IMG/VR virus record: IMGVR_UViG_3300037846_000086
Span: 1-60,486 of that record
Length of the DNA stretch: 60,486 nucleotides
Direction: 5' to 3' (one strand)
From: a virus
Taxonomy: Duplodnaviria > Caudoviricetes
Part shown: piece by piece, positions 26,802-36,316 of the stretch
Numbering within the stretch: position 1 is the stretch's first letter
How the letters are laid out: the number at the start of each line of letters is the position of its first letter
The notes under the pieces: generated by a model
Database searches by the model: none
What the model saw: the letters and a program-made list of their open reading frames with translations, nothing else
What the model was told of the DNA's origin: nothing
Position numbers and translations under genes: made by a program

Positions 26802-26827
26802 GGCAAGTGATGGCCAACCAAATACCA

Positions 26828-27409
26828 CTACGAAACGTGGCGCCAGGTAATGCCGTGAAGCACGGCTCTTATCGTAGTTCGTGCTACGCCTACCTGCTCA
26901 GCAATCGCGACCTGCGTTTCTCCAGCGGCTCTAAGGGCTCGTATCTGAAGGACTTTTTCGGTCGTGAGAACCGCTTTCCCATGAGTTTCTCCGCGCGGCA
27001 TTCGTTCAGGATGCTTGCTCGGAAACGAATCGACTCCGCGAGGAATGGCTTCTGGTCGTTTCAATTGCCAGCGGTTTTCGTCTGTCGCCGCGCGTCGGTT
27101 CTTTTGAATGCAATCGTGGATGTTGTCCATCGATGTTCCGAGGAACAGATGCCACGGATTGCGGCACGGCGGATTGTCGCAGGAATGCAGGACAAAAAGG
27201 CCTTCTGGAATGAGGCCGTGACAAAGCGTCCATGCAACTCGATGGGCCATGAATACCTTGATAAAAAAGCGAACTGTGCCATACCCATCGGTGTTTGTAT
27301 TTCGCGTCCACGGCCAGCATTGGTCGGGATCATCGCCGGAAACGCGGCCCCAGAATCGCGATGTTTGTTTCGCCGAAAGAGTCAGAAGGATAGAATCCTT
27401 TGTAGACAT
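26828..27409 (-). CDS. free-standing HNH homing endonuclease (antisense to the late operon)
   Basis: CWPW...GYG...AHRVAW...VLHSCDNPPCRNPWHLFLGT..DN; C-terminal HTH; RBS GGAGG. Confidence 0.92.
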   Translation of the reverse strand: MSTKDSILLTLSAKQTSRFWGRVSGDDPDQCWPWTRNTNTDGYGTVRFFIKVFMAHRVAWTLCHGLIPEGLFVLHSCDNPPCRNPWHLFLGTSMDNIHDCIQKNRRAATDENRWQLKRPEAIPRGVDSFPSKHPERMPRGETHGKAVLTTEKVLQIRALRAAGETQVAIAEQVGVARTTIRAVLHGITWRHVS

Positions 27410-27476
27410 GACGCACCTCCAAACAGGTCGTTATGGTTAGAGTCGCGTGGTGGTGATACGCCGCGCGGCTCGCTTT

Positions 27477-27505
27477 ACTTTAGAGAGTTGGTGTCCCATT
27501 AGCAA
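27477..27505 (-). promoter_or_regulatory. promoter for the antisense HNH
   Basis: Minus strand TTGCTA-17nt-TAAAGT. Confidence 0.55.
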
Positions 27506-28499
27506 TCAGCAGCAAACGCTCACGCTCTCCGCACTTCCAACACTTGGGACGTGCGATCTGAAAATCGGTGATACGCTACTGAACGGCATCATTCCGGCCA
27601 ACATCACGGGGGCCGGCGTGTCGGCATTACTGGCGGCAGCTTCGGTGATCTTCGCCGCTGGCGTGTCGGAGGTCTACGCTTCGCTGGTCGATACGTTCAC
27701 GTTCGGCAGCCCGGTCGGCAATTACGACTGGCCGCTTATCGCCGTCTCGGCGAACACACTGACGGCACCGGACAACACGATCGGTGTTGCGACCACGACA
27801 CCATATTCGGCAGTGGCTCAAGCCTCGTATCACCTCAATCCTAGCAGCGCGACAACTGGACACTACACGGTGCGCGGCGACCCGACGGCGCAGGACGGCG
27901 CGATCACAGACATCTCCATTTCCGGTGGTGTTGATCCGACGGCTGTTCAGGCGGTCTATGACGCAGCCTTCGGTGCCGGCGTTGCTACGGTGACGAGCTT
28001 GGATGGCACGACGCCTGATCTTTGGCTCGTGGTGTTCAATGGTATCAGTGGTGAGCGAGCATTCCCCGGAGTCGGGCCGCGACAAACATCGAACTTCACC
28101 GATAGCTTTCCAAGCGTCGATACGGTCGTTAATGGCTCATTCATCGCTCAGATCGATACTATCACTCTCGATTCGCTCGTGATTAGCGGTACTTGGCACA
28201 TCAGCACTCAAACCGGCATCACCTACAACGACACCGGGGCGGGCGTGCAGACAGCCATCGAAACCTACCTCTCGATCTCGGGCGGCACCATTGGCAATCC
28301 ATCTGCCGGCGTGTGGACATACCAGTACGGCACGGCCGGCGATCAGACGGCCAAGACAGCTTTGCTCGCCGCGAACACGGCTGGCGACACACTGGCCAAG
28401 GCCGTTACCGTCACACCGGCCATTACGCAGCACGGCTCCAGCGGCGGAGGCGGTGGACTTGCTGGGTCGCCCCTTCATTCGCCATTGATCGCAGCGTAG
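27498..28499 (+). CDS. virion structural protein (T/G/S-rich beta-sandwich repeats); start codon unresolved
   Basis: Composition and repeated QTLTL/QIDTITL units; only ATT 27498 or GTG 27447-27453 are available as starts. Confidence 0.65.
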   Translation: MSNQQQTLTLSALPTLGTCDLKIGDTLLNGIIPANITGAGVSALLAAASVIFAAGVSEVYASLVDTFTFGSPVGNYDWPLIAVSANTLTAPDNTIGVATTTPYSAVAQASYHLNPSSATTGHYTVRGDPTAQDGAITDISISGGVDPTAVQAVYDAAFGAGVATVTSLDGTTPDLWLVVFNGISGERAFPGVGPRQTSNFTDSFPSVDTVVNGSFIAQIDTITLDSLVISGTWHISTQTGITYNDTGAGVQTAIETYLSISGGTIGNPSAGVWTYQYGTAGDQTAKTALLAANTAGDTLAKAVTVTPAITQHGSSGGGGGLAGSPLHSPLIAA

Positions 28500-28508
28500 G
28501 AGATTTCG

Positions 28509-29924
28509 ATGTCCCTCAAGCCTGGCGATACGCTCGCCCTACAATTCACAACCACCGACCCGACGACCGGCGGCGCGGCATCCGCCACCGGGACGCCGAC
28601 GGCCAAGCTGGTTCGGAACGGGGTCGATGATGGCGCCGTAACGCTGACCGTGGACATCACGAACGCGCCGGTCTACAAGGTATCTGGCACGATCCCGAGC
28701 GGCTACGCTGCCGGCGACGTGTTGCAAGTGCGCGTTACGGCGACCGTCGGGGGAGTGACAAACTCGGGCTATCCTGGCGGTTCGATCGTCCTGGATTCCA
28801 AGCGCGTGGGCGAGTTGCACGATCCGACCGTGGCGCAGATCCAAAGCGGCTTGGCCCTCGAATCAGACCTGACCACGGCCTTGACTGATCTTGGCACGCT
28901 CTTGGGGCGAGTTACCGGAGCCGTCGCCTTGGCCACAGACATGGCCACCACGTTGACCGATCTCGGGACGCTGTTGACGCGCGTCACGGCCGCCCGGGCC
29001 GGCTACTGGGACAACCTGAACGTCGGTGGCCCCGTCATGTCGCACGCCGACGGCCTAGCCCTCAACCAATCGGCGTCGAAGCACCTGATTCTGACGACGG
29101 TGCAGCAGTACGCGCCAGGCGAAGCCTATACGGTGGAACTGCGGACCTTCGACGCCGTTAGTGGCGCGGCCGTGAACGCCGACAGCACGCCGACCATCAC
29201 GCCCATGGGTGCCATCAGCGGGAACCTGTCGGCCAATCTGGGAGCCGTCACGAACGCGGCCACGGGTGTCTATCGCGCTACCTACACGCCGGGCGCAACG
29301 CCGACCTTGGAGCAGATCCGCTTCGACGGTTCGGCCACGATCGCGACGATGACCTTCACACTGTCCTGCTATGCGCAGACTGTGGACGAACCGACGGCCA
29401 CCTTCACGACCACCGACAAAAACAACTTGACGGCCATCGTCAATAAACTTCCGAGCGCCGCCTTCCTGGCCGGCACGAGTGCCAGCGGCGGCGCCGTCGA
29501 TGCCGTCAAGGCCAAGACGGACCTGATCGCCACGAACGGTGGCGACAGCCCGGCTGCCGCCACGGCTCAAACGACAATCAGTACGAATCTCAACGCCACG
29601 GTCGGCAGCCGCAGCACGTTCGCCGGCGGCGCCGTCCTCAGCGTGACGAACCCCGTGACGGTCGGCACGAATAACGACAAGGCCGGCTACGGCCTGGCAG
29701 CCAACGGCCTGGATGTGGTCAGCACAGTCGAGCCGAGCGGTTCGGCAAACGGCTGGAACTTCCGGCACAAGATCCTGGCCTTGTTCGGCCGGAAGTACAA
29801 CAAAAACATCGTGCCGAAGAGCGGCAACGGCGATTGGGTCACGATGCAGCGCGACGGCACCACGCCTATGGCCACGCAAGCCATGACGGACGACGGCACC
29901 ACGCAAACCCTTAACGGAGCGTGA
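28509..29924 (+). CDS. virion structural or fibre-like protein with Ig-like domains
   Basis: RBS AGGAG; two similar beta domains; internal repeat TT(A/T)LTDLGTLL.RVT. Confidence 0.7.
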   Translation: MSLKPGDTLALQFTTTDPTTGGAASATGTPTAKLVRNGVDDGAVTLTVDITNAPVYKVSGTIPSGYAAGDVLQVRVTATVGGVTNSGYPGGSIVLDSKRVGELHDPTVAQIQSGLALESDLTTALTDLGTLLGRVTGAVALATDMATTLTDLGTLLTRVTAARAGYWDNLNVGGPVMSHADGLALNQSASKHLILTTVQQYAPGEAYTVELRTFDAVSGAAVNADSTPTITPMGAISGNLSANLGAVTNAATGVYRATYTPGATPTLEQIRFDGSATIATMTFTLSCYAQTVDEPTATFTTTDKNNLTAIVNKLPSAAFLAGTSASGGAVDAVKAKTDLIATNGGDSPAAATAQTTISTNLNATVGSRSTFAGGAVLSVTNPVTVGTNNDKAGYGLAANGLDVVSTVEPSGSANGWNFRHKILALFGRKYNKNIVPKSGNGDWVTMQRDGTTPMATQAMTDDGTTQTLNGA

Positions 29925-29927
29925 TAA

Positions 29928-30530
29928 GTGCAGCTCTTCGACGTCCTCAGTCCGTTCGAGCCGTTCGACTCGCTCGGCGGTCCGCCGGCTCCACCACCCA
30001 CCGGCCAACCGCCGCCGGACGTCGGCGACTTGTCGGCAATCGAGACCGGCCCTTGTGCGCTGAACTACAAGGGGCTCGACGTTGGCCATACCATGGAGGG
30101 CGTCGTCTTTTCGATCGCTCCCGACCTACGGGCCAGGATGGTTGATGAGACCGGCGACTACGAAGTGGACCTGATCGCTCAGGGCGACTCGGCCGAAGTG
30201 AAAGCCACGCTGGCAGAAAAGACGCTCCAGACGGTGCAGCAGGTCTACCAGTTCGGATCGCTCGCGACGTCGACGCTGTGGGGCGTCGGCCGTCGGCCAG
30301 GCACCAAAGGCTCGGCAATGTCCGGCGTGCTGATCTTGCACCCGATCGACTCCGGCGTAAGCACGGCCAGCGACGTGACTTTTTTCAAAGCCGTAGTTGG
30401 AGCCACGAATGAAGTGCAGTTCGGTACGATTACGGCCGACAGGGTTTTTCAGGCCACGTTCCGGATGCTGATCGACACGACGCGCGGCGATGGGCAGCTC
30501 ATCGGCACGCTTGGCCTGGCGCGAGGATGA
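29928..30530 (+). CDS. tail-tube paralogue with Pro-rich N-terminal extension
   Basis: Collinear and highly similar to 32391-32927 (shared EVQFGTITADRVFQATF, DGQLIGTLG). Confidence 0.75.
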   Translation: MQLFDVLSPFEPFDSLGGPPAPPPTGQPPPDVGDLSAIETGPCALNYKGLDVGHTMEGVVFSIAPDLRARMVDETGDYEVDLIAQGDSAEVKATLAEKTLQTVQQVYQFGSLATSTLWGVGRRPGTKGSAMSGVLILHPIDSGVSTASDVTFFKAVVGATNEVQFGTITADRVFQATFRMLIDTTRGDGQLIGTLGLARG

Positions 30531-30533
30531 TCC

Positions 30534-30908
30534 ATGGCCTACTTGCGACGATTGATCCATCGAGCGGCCGTCTGGCGCTGCCCGATCGTGCGCGGCGGTC
30601 TCGGCCAGGACACGCCAGGCGCGCCGGCCGTCGTGACCGGCTATGAGGCATTGCCGTGCCTGCTGCTACAAGATCAGACCGACCGGATTCAGCGAGCCTT
30701 CGGTCCGGACCTCGACGCTGACTCAATCGTTGAATTTGCGGCCGGCGTCGAGCTGCGGCCGCGGATTGGATTGAGCGACGGGCAGAATGATATTCTCGTT
30801 GTGACCGACGAGCGCGGCGTCGTCAGCCGCTGGATGGTCAAGGCCACTAAAGACCCCGGCAGCGCTCGGAAGATGACCTGGGCGGCCGTCAAGCTGGTAA
30901 CGGGGTGA
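30534..30908 (+). CDS. head-closure (gp16-like) protein
   Basis: Size, beta-rich pattern, and position before the gp10-like gene. Confidence 0.55.
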   Translation: MAYLRRLIHRAAVWRCPIVRGGLGQDTPGAPAVVTGYEALPCLLLQDQTDRIQRAFGPDLDADSIVEFAAGVELRPRIGLSDGQNDILVVTDERGVVSRWMVKATKDPGSARKMTWAAVKLVTG

Positions 30909-30911
30909 GGC

Positions 30912-31505
30912 ATGGCGAGCGCGAGTAAGCCGGTGACGCTGGAGCTGAAGCAAGAATCGTACTTGCGCGCAATGAGCTACCTACGCGCCATGAGTAAGGC
31001 CGGCACGCAAGTCGTGGCTCGCGAGTTGAACCTGCTGGCGATGAGCTGGCGGGACACGATCCAACGGCACGCCCCCGTTGATACGAGCCTTTTCAAAAAG
31101 ACGCTGGCCATTGATCGGGCGCTGCCCGATAGTATCCGAATCCAGGCTCAGGTTGGATCGAACGTACGGGCCGCGGACGGCTTCCCGTACCCGGCTGCGC
31201 TCGAGTTTGGCACGCTACACGGCCGTGGCGTATGGGCGGCCGTGGCTCGCTGGACGGAAGGCGAACCGCCGGTCGTTCGCTGGTACGCCAAGGATCGTGA
31301 CCTGGCGGAGCTTGAGGCCAGGAAGGATACAGCCAAGGGCAAGCGGCTGGAAGCCGTCCACAAGCTCATCACGGCCGCTTACAGCGATAGCAGCCAAGAA
31401 TTTATGCCGCCGTTCCGTGGCTCGTGGGACTACCTGATGGCCAACGGCGGCATGAATCGCCTGCGCTATCAACTGGCCGAGCTGCTGCGCACGGGAAAGG
31501 TGTAG
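30912..31505 (+). CDS. HK97 gp10-like neck/tail completion protein
   Basis: APVDTS.FKKTL...VGSNV...YPAALEFGT...PPFR. Confidence 0.75.
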   Translation: MASASKPVTLELKQESYLRAMSYLRAMSKAGTQVVARELNLLAMSWRDTIQRHAPVDTSLFKKTLAIDRALPDSIRIQAQVGSNVRAADGFPYPAALEFGTLHGRGVWAAVARWTEGEPPVVRWYAKDRDLAELEARKDTAKGKRLEAVHKLITAAYSDSSQEFMPPFRGSWDYLMANGGMNRLRYQLAELLRTGKV

Positions 31506-31506
31506 A

Positions 31507-31824
31507 ATGCCGAACGCCATGGAGCTGGAGATCGTAATGGTGCAAGTGCGGCTGGCCCGTTGGGAGACGGAATTCTTCCACCAGCTCGAATCGCTTTCGA
31601 TCCGCGTCGGTAAGCCGCTGGCGACGATGGCCGTTCGCGATCATCCGGAAGTTCCTCGCGGGAGCTGCCTGTTCTACTTCGACCCCAAGACGTTCGGCCG
31701 GGTAAACTGCCTGTATAACGTCCACGACTTCGAGCAGGTCCACGCGTTGGTAAACCAGAAGAGCAACTGCCGGCTCGTCGATTTCGAGCCGATCCCCGGC
31801 CGTAGCCAGCAGGTGAACCTGTGA
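31507..31824 (+). CDS. hypothetical protein
   Basis: Tightly packed between neighbouring genes. Confidence 0.55.
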   Translation: MPNAMELEIVMVQVRLARWETEFFHQLESLSIRVGKPLATMAVRDHPEVPRGSCLFYFDPKTFGRVNCLYNVHDFEQVHALVNQKSNCRLVDFEPIPGRSQQVNL

Positions 31825-32309
31825 CCGTAGCCACAATCAACGAGCCCTATGCCGCCCTGCTGGCCGTCGTGACGCAGCAGTCGAGCCTATTGGCCTTGCT
31901 CGGCAAGAAAGCCGATGGCGTGACGCCGGCCTATGGCTTCGAGTACCCGGCGGACAAAGGTAGCTTCCCATGCCTGACGTGGGCTTCGTACCTCTACGGC
32001 TCGCACGCTACGCTGCTGACGGACTTCGTCGGCTATCATAAGGACCGGCTGCAATTCGACCTGTTCGGCGGCGATCCGGAGGTCATGCGGACGCTCTGCG
32101 ACCTTGTTGACCAGACTGCCGATTACGTGGACGCGAACGCAGGCTGTCTTGACACTGAGCACTTTAGATGCCAAGCTTTTCGACGGCAGCCGGGCTCCGC
32201 CTGGCGACGGATCGACTGGACCGGAACGCAAACGGCGCAAGGTGTCCAGCTCTTGCAATTCAGCAGTGATTGGGACTTTTGGTACGTGAGGAAGCAAGAC
32301 GTTTCCTAG
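31821..32309 (+). CDS. tail terminator protein (putative)
   Basis: FPCLTW...LQFDLF pattern; position before tail tube. Confidence 0.6.
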   Translation: MTVATINEPYAALLAVVTQQSSLLALLGKKADGVTPAYGFEYPADKGSFPCLTWASYLYGSHATLLTDFVGYHKDRLQFDLFGGDPEVMRTLCDLVDQTADYVDANAGCLDTEHFRCQAFRRQPGSAWRRIDWTGTQTAQGVQLLQFSSDWDFWYVRKQDVS

Positions 32310-32390
32310 CGCTCGTCGGATGCCGACCTTTCCGCCCGCACAGCGGTTCGTTTGCATTCTCACCACGTTTCCGCCAAGGAGGGTAGGAAA

Positions 32391-32927
32391 ATGGGTTCTC
32401 AAGTTGCTGGTGATCTGTCCCTGATCGAATCGGGGCCCTGCAAAGTCACGTACAAGACGGTCCCTTGCGGCCACACGATGGACGGCGTGACGTTCACTGT
32501 CTCGCCCGACCTTCGCGAGCGCAAGGTAGACGAATTCGGCACGTACGTTGTCGATCTTATCCACCAGGGCGACACAGTCGAGGCCAAGACCACGTTCGCC
32601 GAAAAGTCCCTGGCTGTCATCCAGTCGGTGTACCAATTCGGTTACGAGGTCAGCGACACGCTCTGGGGCATCGGCCGCACGCCGGGTCAGAAGGGCAGCG
32701 ACAAGGCCGGCCCGCTGCTGCTGCATCCACTGGATGGCAACGGCACGGCGGACGACGTGACCTTCTACAAGGCCGTGGTTCGAACCAATGGCGAAGTGCA
32801 GTTTGGCACGATCACGGCTGATCGTGTGTTCCAAGCCACGTTCGGCATGCTCATCGACCCGACGCAAAACGATGGCCAGCTCATCGGGACGCTGGGCGTT
32901 CCGCACGCTGGCAACGTGAGCACGTAA
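32391..32927 (+). CDS. major tail tube protein
   Basis: Canonical position before the chaperone; G.T.DGV.F motif; RBS. Confidence 0.75.
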   Translation: MGSQVAGDLSLIESGPCKVTYKTVPCGHTMDGVTFTVSPDLRERKVDEFGTYVVDLIHQGDTVEAKTTFAEKSLAVIQSVYQFGYEVSDTLWGIGRTPGQKGSDKAGPLLLHPLDGNGTADDVTFYKAVVRTNGEVQFGTITADRVFQATFGMLIDPTQNDGQLIGTLGVPHAGNVST

Positions 32928-32967
32928 GTTGATTTTTCATCCCAAAACAGGTGGCACAGGTCGCCAT

Positions 32968-32999
32968 TGGAAATTGTAAAAAGATTTTTACAATTTCCA
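32968..32999. repeat. perfect 15-bp AT-rich inverted repeat with 2-nt spacer
   Basis: TGGAAATTGTAAAAA-GA-TTTTTACAATTTCCA. Confidence 0.9.
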
Positions 33000-33018
33000 C
33001 TTCCCGGAGGTTTTCAGT

Positions 33019-33618
33019 ATGACGGCAGCCAGCACGGCAACGCAGAACGTCCCTGTTCCTGGGGACGTGGCGCTGCCCAAGAGCTTCGAGTTTACGACGT
33101 CGGAGGGCCGCAAAGTCAAGGTGCGCAGTTTGAAGACGGCCGGCTTATTGCGGCTGGTGACATTGCTGCGCGAGATCGGTATCAAGCCGATCCCGATGGG
33201 CCTGCCGATCGACGCTTTCCTGAGCGACGATCAGCGGCGGCAATTGGCACTGGCCGAAAGCAACGGCACGAAAGCGCAACTGCTGTCCGATTTCCTCAGC
33301 AACCTTGACGCCGACAGTCGGGCACTGATGGATCGGCAGAACGCCGAGCGGTTCTCCGCCGTGGCGCACTGGCTGCTGAGTTCCGACAAGCTGGCGCCGG
33401 CGCTGCTAGCGGCCGTGACCAATCTGTCGGAAGCCGAAGTGCTGGACGCGCTCACGCCCGCCGAGACGTTCAAGGTTTTGGAGCAGGCCATCGACTTGGT
33501 CGATGTGCCGGCGCTCGTGCAAGCGGCACTCGGTTTTTTTTCACGGATTGGGGGCCTTACGGCCGAGTGGGCCAAGCAGTCCAAAGGAACCGTACCCGAA
33601 CCGGCCGCCGCGGCCTGA
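33019..33618 (+). CDS. tail assembly chaperone (gpG-like)
   Basis: Follows tail tube; RBS GGAGG; contains a slippery run. Confidence 0.75.
   Translation: MTAASTATQNVPVPGDVALPKSFEFTTSEGRKVKVRSLKTAGLLRLVTLLREIGIKPIPMGLPIDAFLSDDQRRQLALAESNGTKAQLLSDFLSNLDADSRALMDRQNAERFSAVAHWLLSSDKLAPALLAAVTNLSEAEVLDALTPAETFKVLEQAIDLVDVPALVQAALGFFSRIGGLTAEWAKQSKGTVPEPAAAA
33534..33540 (+). other. programmed -1 ribosomal frameshift site T-TTT-TTT
   Basis: In-frame GGT TTT TTT; the -1 frame is open from 33540 to 34049. Confidence 0.75.
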
Positions 33619-34049
33619 ACGCTGCCCCGACGCCGCAATCGCCGTTCCACTCGATCGGTATCGAACTCGTGACGGCCATTGCCGGGGAGTTCCCGTGGTC
33701 TCACGAATCGATCATGGAGCTGGAGGCCACAGCCGCACTCTACTACGCCCTTGTGGCCAAGCGCCGCAAATGGGAGCGCATCGAGGACATGCGGCAAGCG
33801 GCCACGTTCCCGCATCAAGACGAACGCGGTGCGCGGGCACTTATCCAGCAGATCAACTTTATGACCAGCGGCCCCGGCCGGATGGTCAAATGGGAGGACA
33901 CGCTTTCGCTCAAGGCTCGCGAAGCGGCCGCGAATGCCGAGGACGAGCTTGACGAGACGTACCGCCGCTTGCAGGAGATGGGTATACTTCTCAACGTAGA
34001 CGGCACGCGGCCCGTGGCAGCCCTACTGAGGAAACAAGAAAAGAAGTAA
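33540..34049 (+). CDS. frameshifted C-terminal extension of the tail chaperone (gpT-like)
   Basis: -1 frame relative to 33019; lacks a strong independent start. Confidence 0.7.
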   Translation, partial: FTDWGPYGRVGQAVQRNRTRTGRRGLNAAPTPQSPFHSIGIELVTAIAGEFPWSHESIMELEATAALYYALVAKRRKWERIEDMRQAATFPHQDERGARALIQQINFMTSGPGRMVKWEDTLSLKAREAAANAEDELDETYRRLQEMGILLNVDGTRPVAALLRKQEKK

Positions 34050-34051
34050 CT

Positions 34052-34480
34052 ATGTCCTCCGGCGTGACGCTTCTGTTTCCGACAACCGGCAGCCCCACGC
34101 ATAGCGTCAATCTGCCGTTTCCGGCGCACGGCCAGCAGATCGCCCCGAGCGACAATCAGTTTCAGTACACGGCCGGCAGTGGCGATCTGTTCACGGTCAA
34201 GCTTGGCCGCACGCGCTACCAGATCGACCGAGTCTTCGAAGCTTTGGACGAGGCGACCGTGGGAGCGATCTACGCTTTCTACACGGCGGTCGGCTATGCC
34301 AAGAATCGCGTCTTGTACTGCTACCAAGACAGCGTCAGCGGAAACGACATTCGCGTTCCCTGCTGGATTATCGAACAGCCCAAGCAAGTCAAGCGACACA
34401 AGAACAACCGAGATATGCAGATCAAATTTGAACAGTACACGCATCCGGACTATGCCGACGACCTGGCCGCGACGGTCTAA
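34052..34480 (+). CDS. distal-tail (Dit/gpM-like) protein, paralogue 1
   Basis: Beta-rich; similar to the N-terminus of the next gene (LPFPAH, GSGD, FEALDEA, NRD). Confidence 0.55.
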   Translation: MSSGVTLLFPTTGSPTHSVNLPFPAHGQQIAPSDNQFQYTAGSGDLFTVKLGRTRYQIDRVFEALDEATVGAIYAFYTAVGYAKNRVLYCYQDSVSGNDIRVPCWIIEQPKQVKRHKNNRDMQIKFEQYTHPDYADDLAATV

Positions 34481-34492
34481 CGAGGGCGAGTA

Positions 34493-36304
34493 ATGTTTGT
34501 CACACTGACGGCCGGCGACTTGAGCGTGGAGCTGCCCTACCCGGCTCATGAGTCGGAAGTCGTCATCTATCCCGACCAGACGTTACATCGCGTTGGGTCT
34601 GGCGACTTCTACACGATGGCGCATGGCGGCAAGTGGTACGAGATTACGCGGACGTTCGAGTCGCTCGACGAGGCCCTTGTTCAACAGCTCTTCGCTTTCT
34701 GGCAAGCGATCAACGGCGCCGCAACGCAGATCGTCTACAGCTATGTTGATGGCCAGACGCGGCGCACGGTCAACGTCAATTCCATCATCATGCGAGCGCC
34801 GACGGAAATGAAGCTGATGCGCAATTTGCGCGACGTGCAAATTGTCTTTGGGCAAGCCCTCTCTCCGGACAACGTAACAGATGCCGCGGGCGGCGAAACG
34901 GACGTACTCGGCGGCGGACACGGTGGCGGCGGGTCGATCGGCTCGGGAAGCGGTGCGGAAGGCCCTCCGGTGCTCACAAGCCAGACTGTGTTTGCCAACA
35001 ATGTAGGCGACACGATCGGCTACGGCCCGACCTATGACGGCTTGCCGCTTGTGAGTTGGGAGTTCGATCCTGGCGCGTTGCCGCCCGGCTTGTCACTCAT
35101 CGGTTCGGCCGGCTCTCAATCACTGACCGGGACGCTGACGACGCCGGGCTCGTTTCCGATTCAAATCGCCGGCTCGAACTCACTCGGCTCCGCCGTCAAT
35201 ACGCTGACCTTCAGCGTCAGCGGCCCGGGCGGCAATGCCACGGCTCCGCACTGGACGAGCAGTAACACCTTGAACGTTGGCGTTGATGTTCCGTTTAGCT
35301 ACACCATGACCGCCTCGGGTGATACTCCGATCACGTTCAGTTTCATCGGTGCCCCGCCGGCTGGCTTGTCGATCAGCGGCGCCACACTCTCCGGCAGCTA
35401 TCCGGCAGCCGGCACGTACACGGTCAACCTGCGTGCCACGAACGATGCCGGCTCGGCCGACATGACGCTTACGATCACGGCCGTTGCCGGCTACTTCACG
35501 TCGCCGCTGACCGTGCTCGGCATCGCCGGCGACGAGTGTCGCTATGAAGTCGGCTTCAGCCCCACAGGCAGCTTTATCCTGACGGCCACCGGTTTGCCGG
35601 CCGGCTTGACGCTGACAGGGCTGCAAATCAGTGGCTTAGCGCCAGTACCGGGAGTGTATTCGATCGGCTTGCAGGTCGTGGACGACACGGGCACGCACAC
35701 GGACACGCTGACCTTGCGTGTGCCCAGCAGTGTGCTCAACCTGCCCTCCGTGGCCATGAATCGCAATCTCGGCTCCGGGCACGACTGGGCGAATCCTAAT
35801 TTCATCAAAGCGGCAGATGCGCAATTCGCGGCCTCGACGATCCCTGGGCACGGGAGCGACGTCACGAGTACGCTGATCGGCTTAGGCTTCAACACAACGC
35901 CCTTGCCAGGCGGCGCCACGGTGGTCGGCTACAAGCTGCACTTCAAAGGAACGCAGTCGTTTTCGCCCGTGAGCACCACGCTGTCGGTGGACGTTTACGA
36001 CAACACGCCGACCGTCATAGGAACGGGAGACTTCTGGCAAGGAGTGGCATTCTCGGGAGACCAGCAAGCTTTCGGCACGTCGAACGGCTGGAAGTCATCT
36101 TGCTTCTACTTTTTCAACGGCATTCCGGCTGGTGAAGACTATGCACTCGGCGCTCGTGGTAGCTTGTCAACATCGGTCGGCGGCTACGATCCGACGAACG
36201 CCTCTTACGGGATCGGGATCAATATCCGCAACACGTCGGCCCTCAACCCCGCGACCATAACCTTTTCCGTGGACGCGATGGCGCTGGAAATCTTCTACTT
36301 CTAA
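34493..36304 (+). CDS. distal-tail-like domain fused to Ig-like repeats and a C-terminal putative receptor-binding domain
   Basis: N-terminal paralogy to 34052; LPPGLSL/PPAGLSI/LPAGLTL...G.Y putative Ig repeats. Confidence 0.7.
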   Translation: MFVTLTAGDLSVELPYPAHESEVVIYPDQTLHRVGSGDFYTMAHGGKWYEITRTFESLDEALVQQLFAFWQAINGAATQIVYSYVDGQTRRTVNVNSIIMRAPTEMKLMRNLRDVQIVFGQALSPDNVTDAAGGETDVLGGGHGGGGSIGSGSGAEGPPVLTSQTVFANNVGDTIGYGPTYDGLPLVSWEFDPGALPPGLSLIGSAGSQSLTGTLTTPGSFPIQIAGSNSLGSAVNTLTFSVSGPGGNATAPHWTSSNTLNVGVDVPFSYTMTASGDTPITFSFIGAPPAGLSISGATLSGSYPAAGTYTVNLRATNDAGSADMTLTITAVAGYFTSPLTVLGIAGDECRYEVGFSPTGSFILTATGLPAGLTLTGLQISGLAPVPGVYSIGLQVVDDTGTHTDTLTLRVPSSVLNLPSVAMNRNLGSGHDWANPNFIKAADAQFAASTIPGHGSDVTSTLIGLGFNTTPLPGGATVVGYKLHFKGTQSFSPVSTTLSVDVYDNTPTVIGTGDFWQGVAFSGDQQAFGTSNGWKSSCFYFFNGIPAGEDYALGARGSLSTSVGGYDPTNASYGIGINIRNTSALNPATITFSVDAMALEIFYF

Positions 36305-36316
36305 ATCGAGGCCAAG

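Noticed and set aside
26807-27502. 231-aa + strand ORF as a functional protein
   Set aside because: Exact-register antisense of the HNH with no protein-like features; kept only as a possible ribosome-delivery frame in the findings
29055-32906. Long minus-strand ORFs (e.g. 29055-30089, 31887-32906) and similar ones genome-wide
   Set aside because: Antisense shadows of well-supported + strand genes in high-GC DNA
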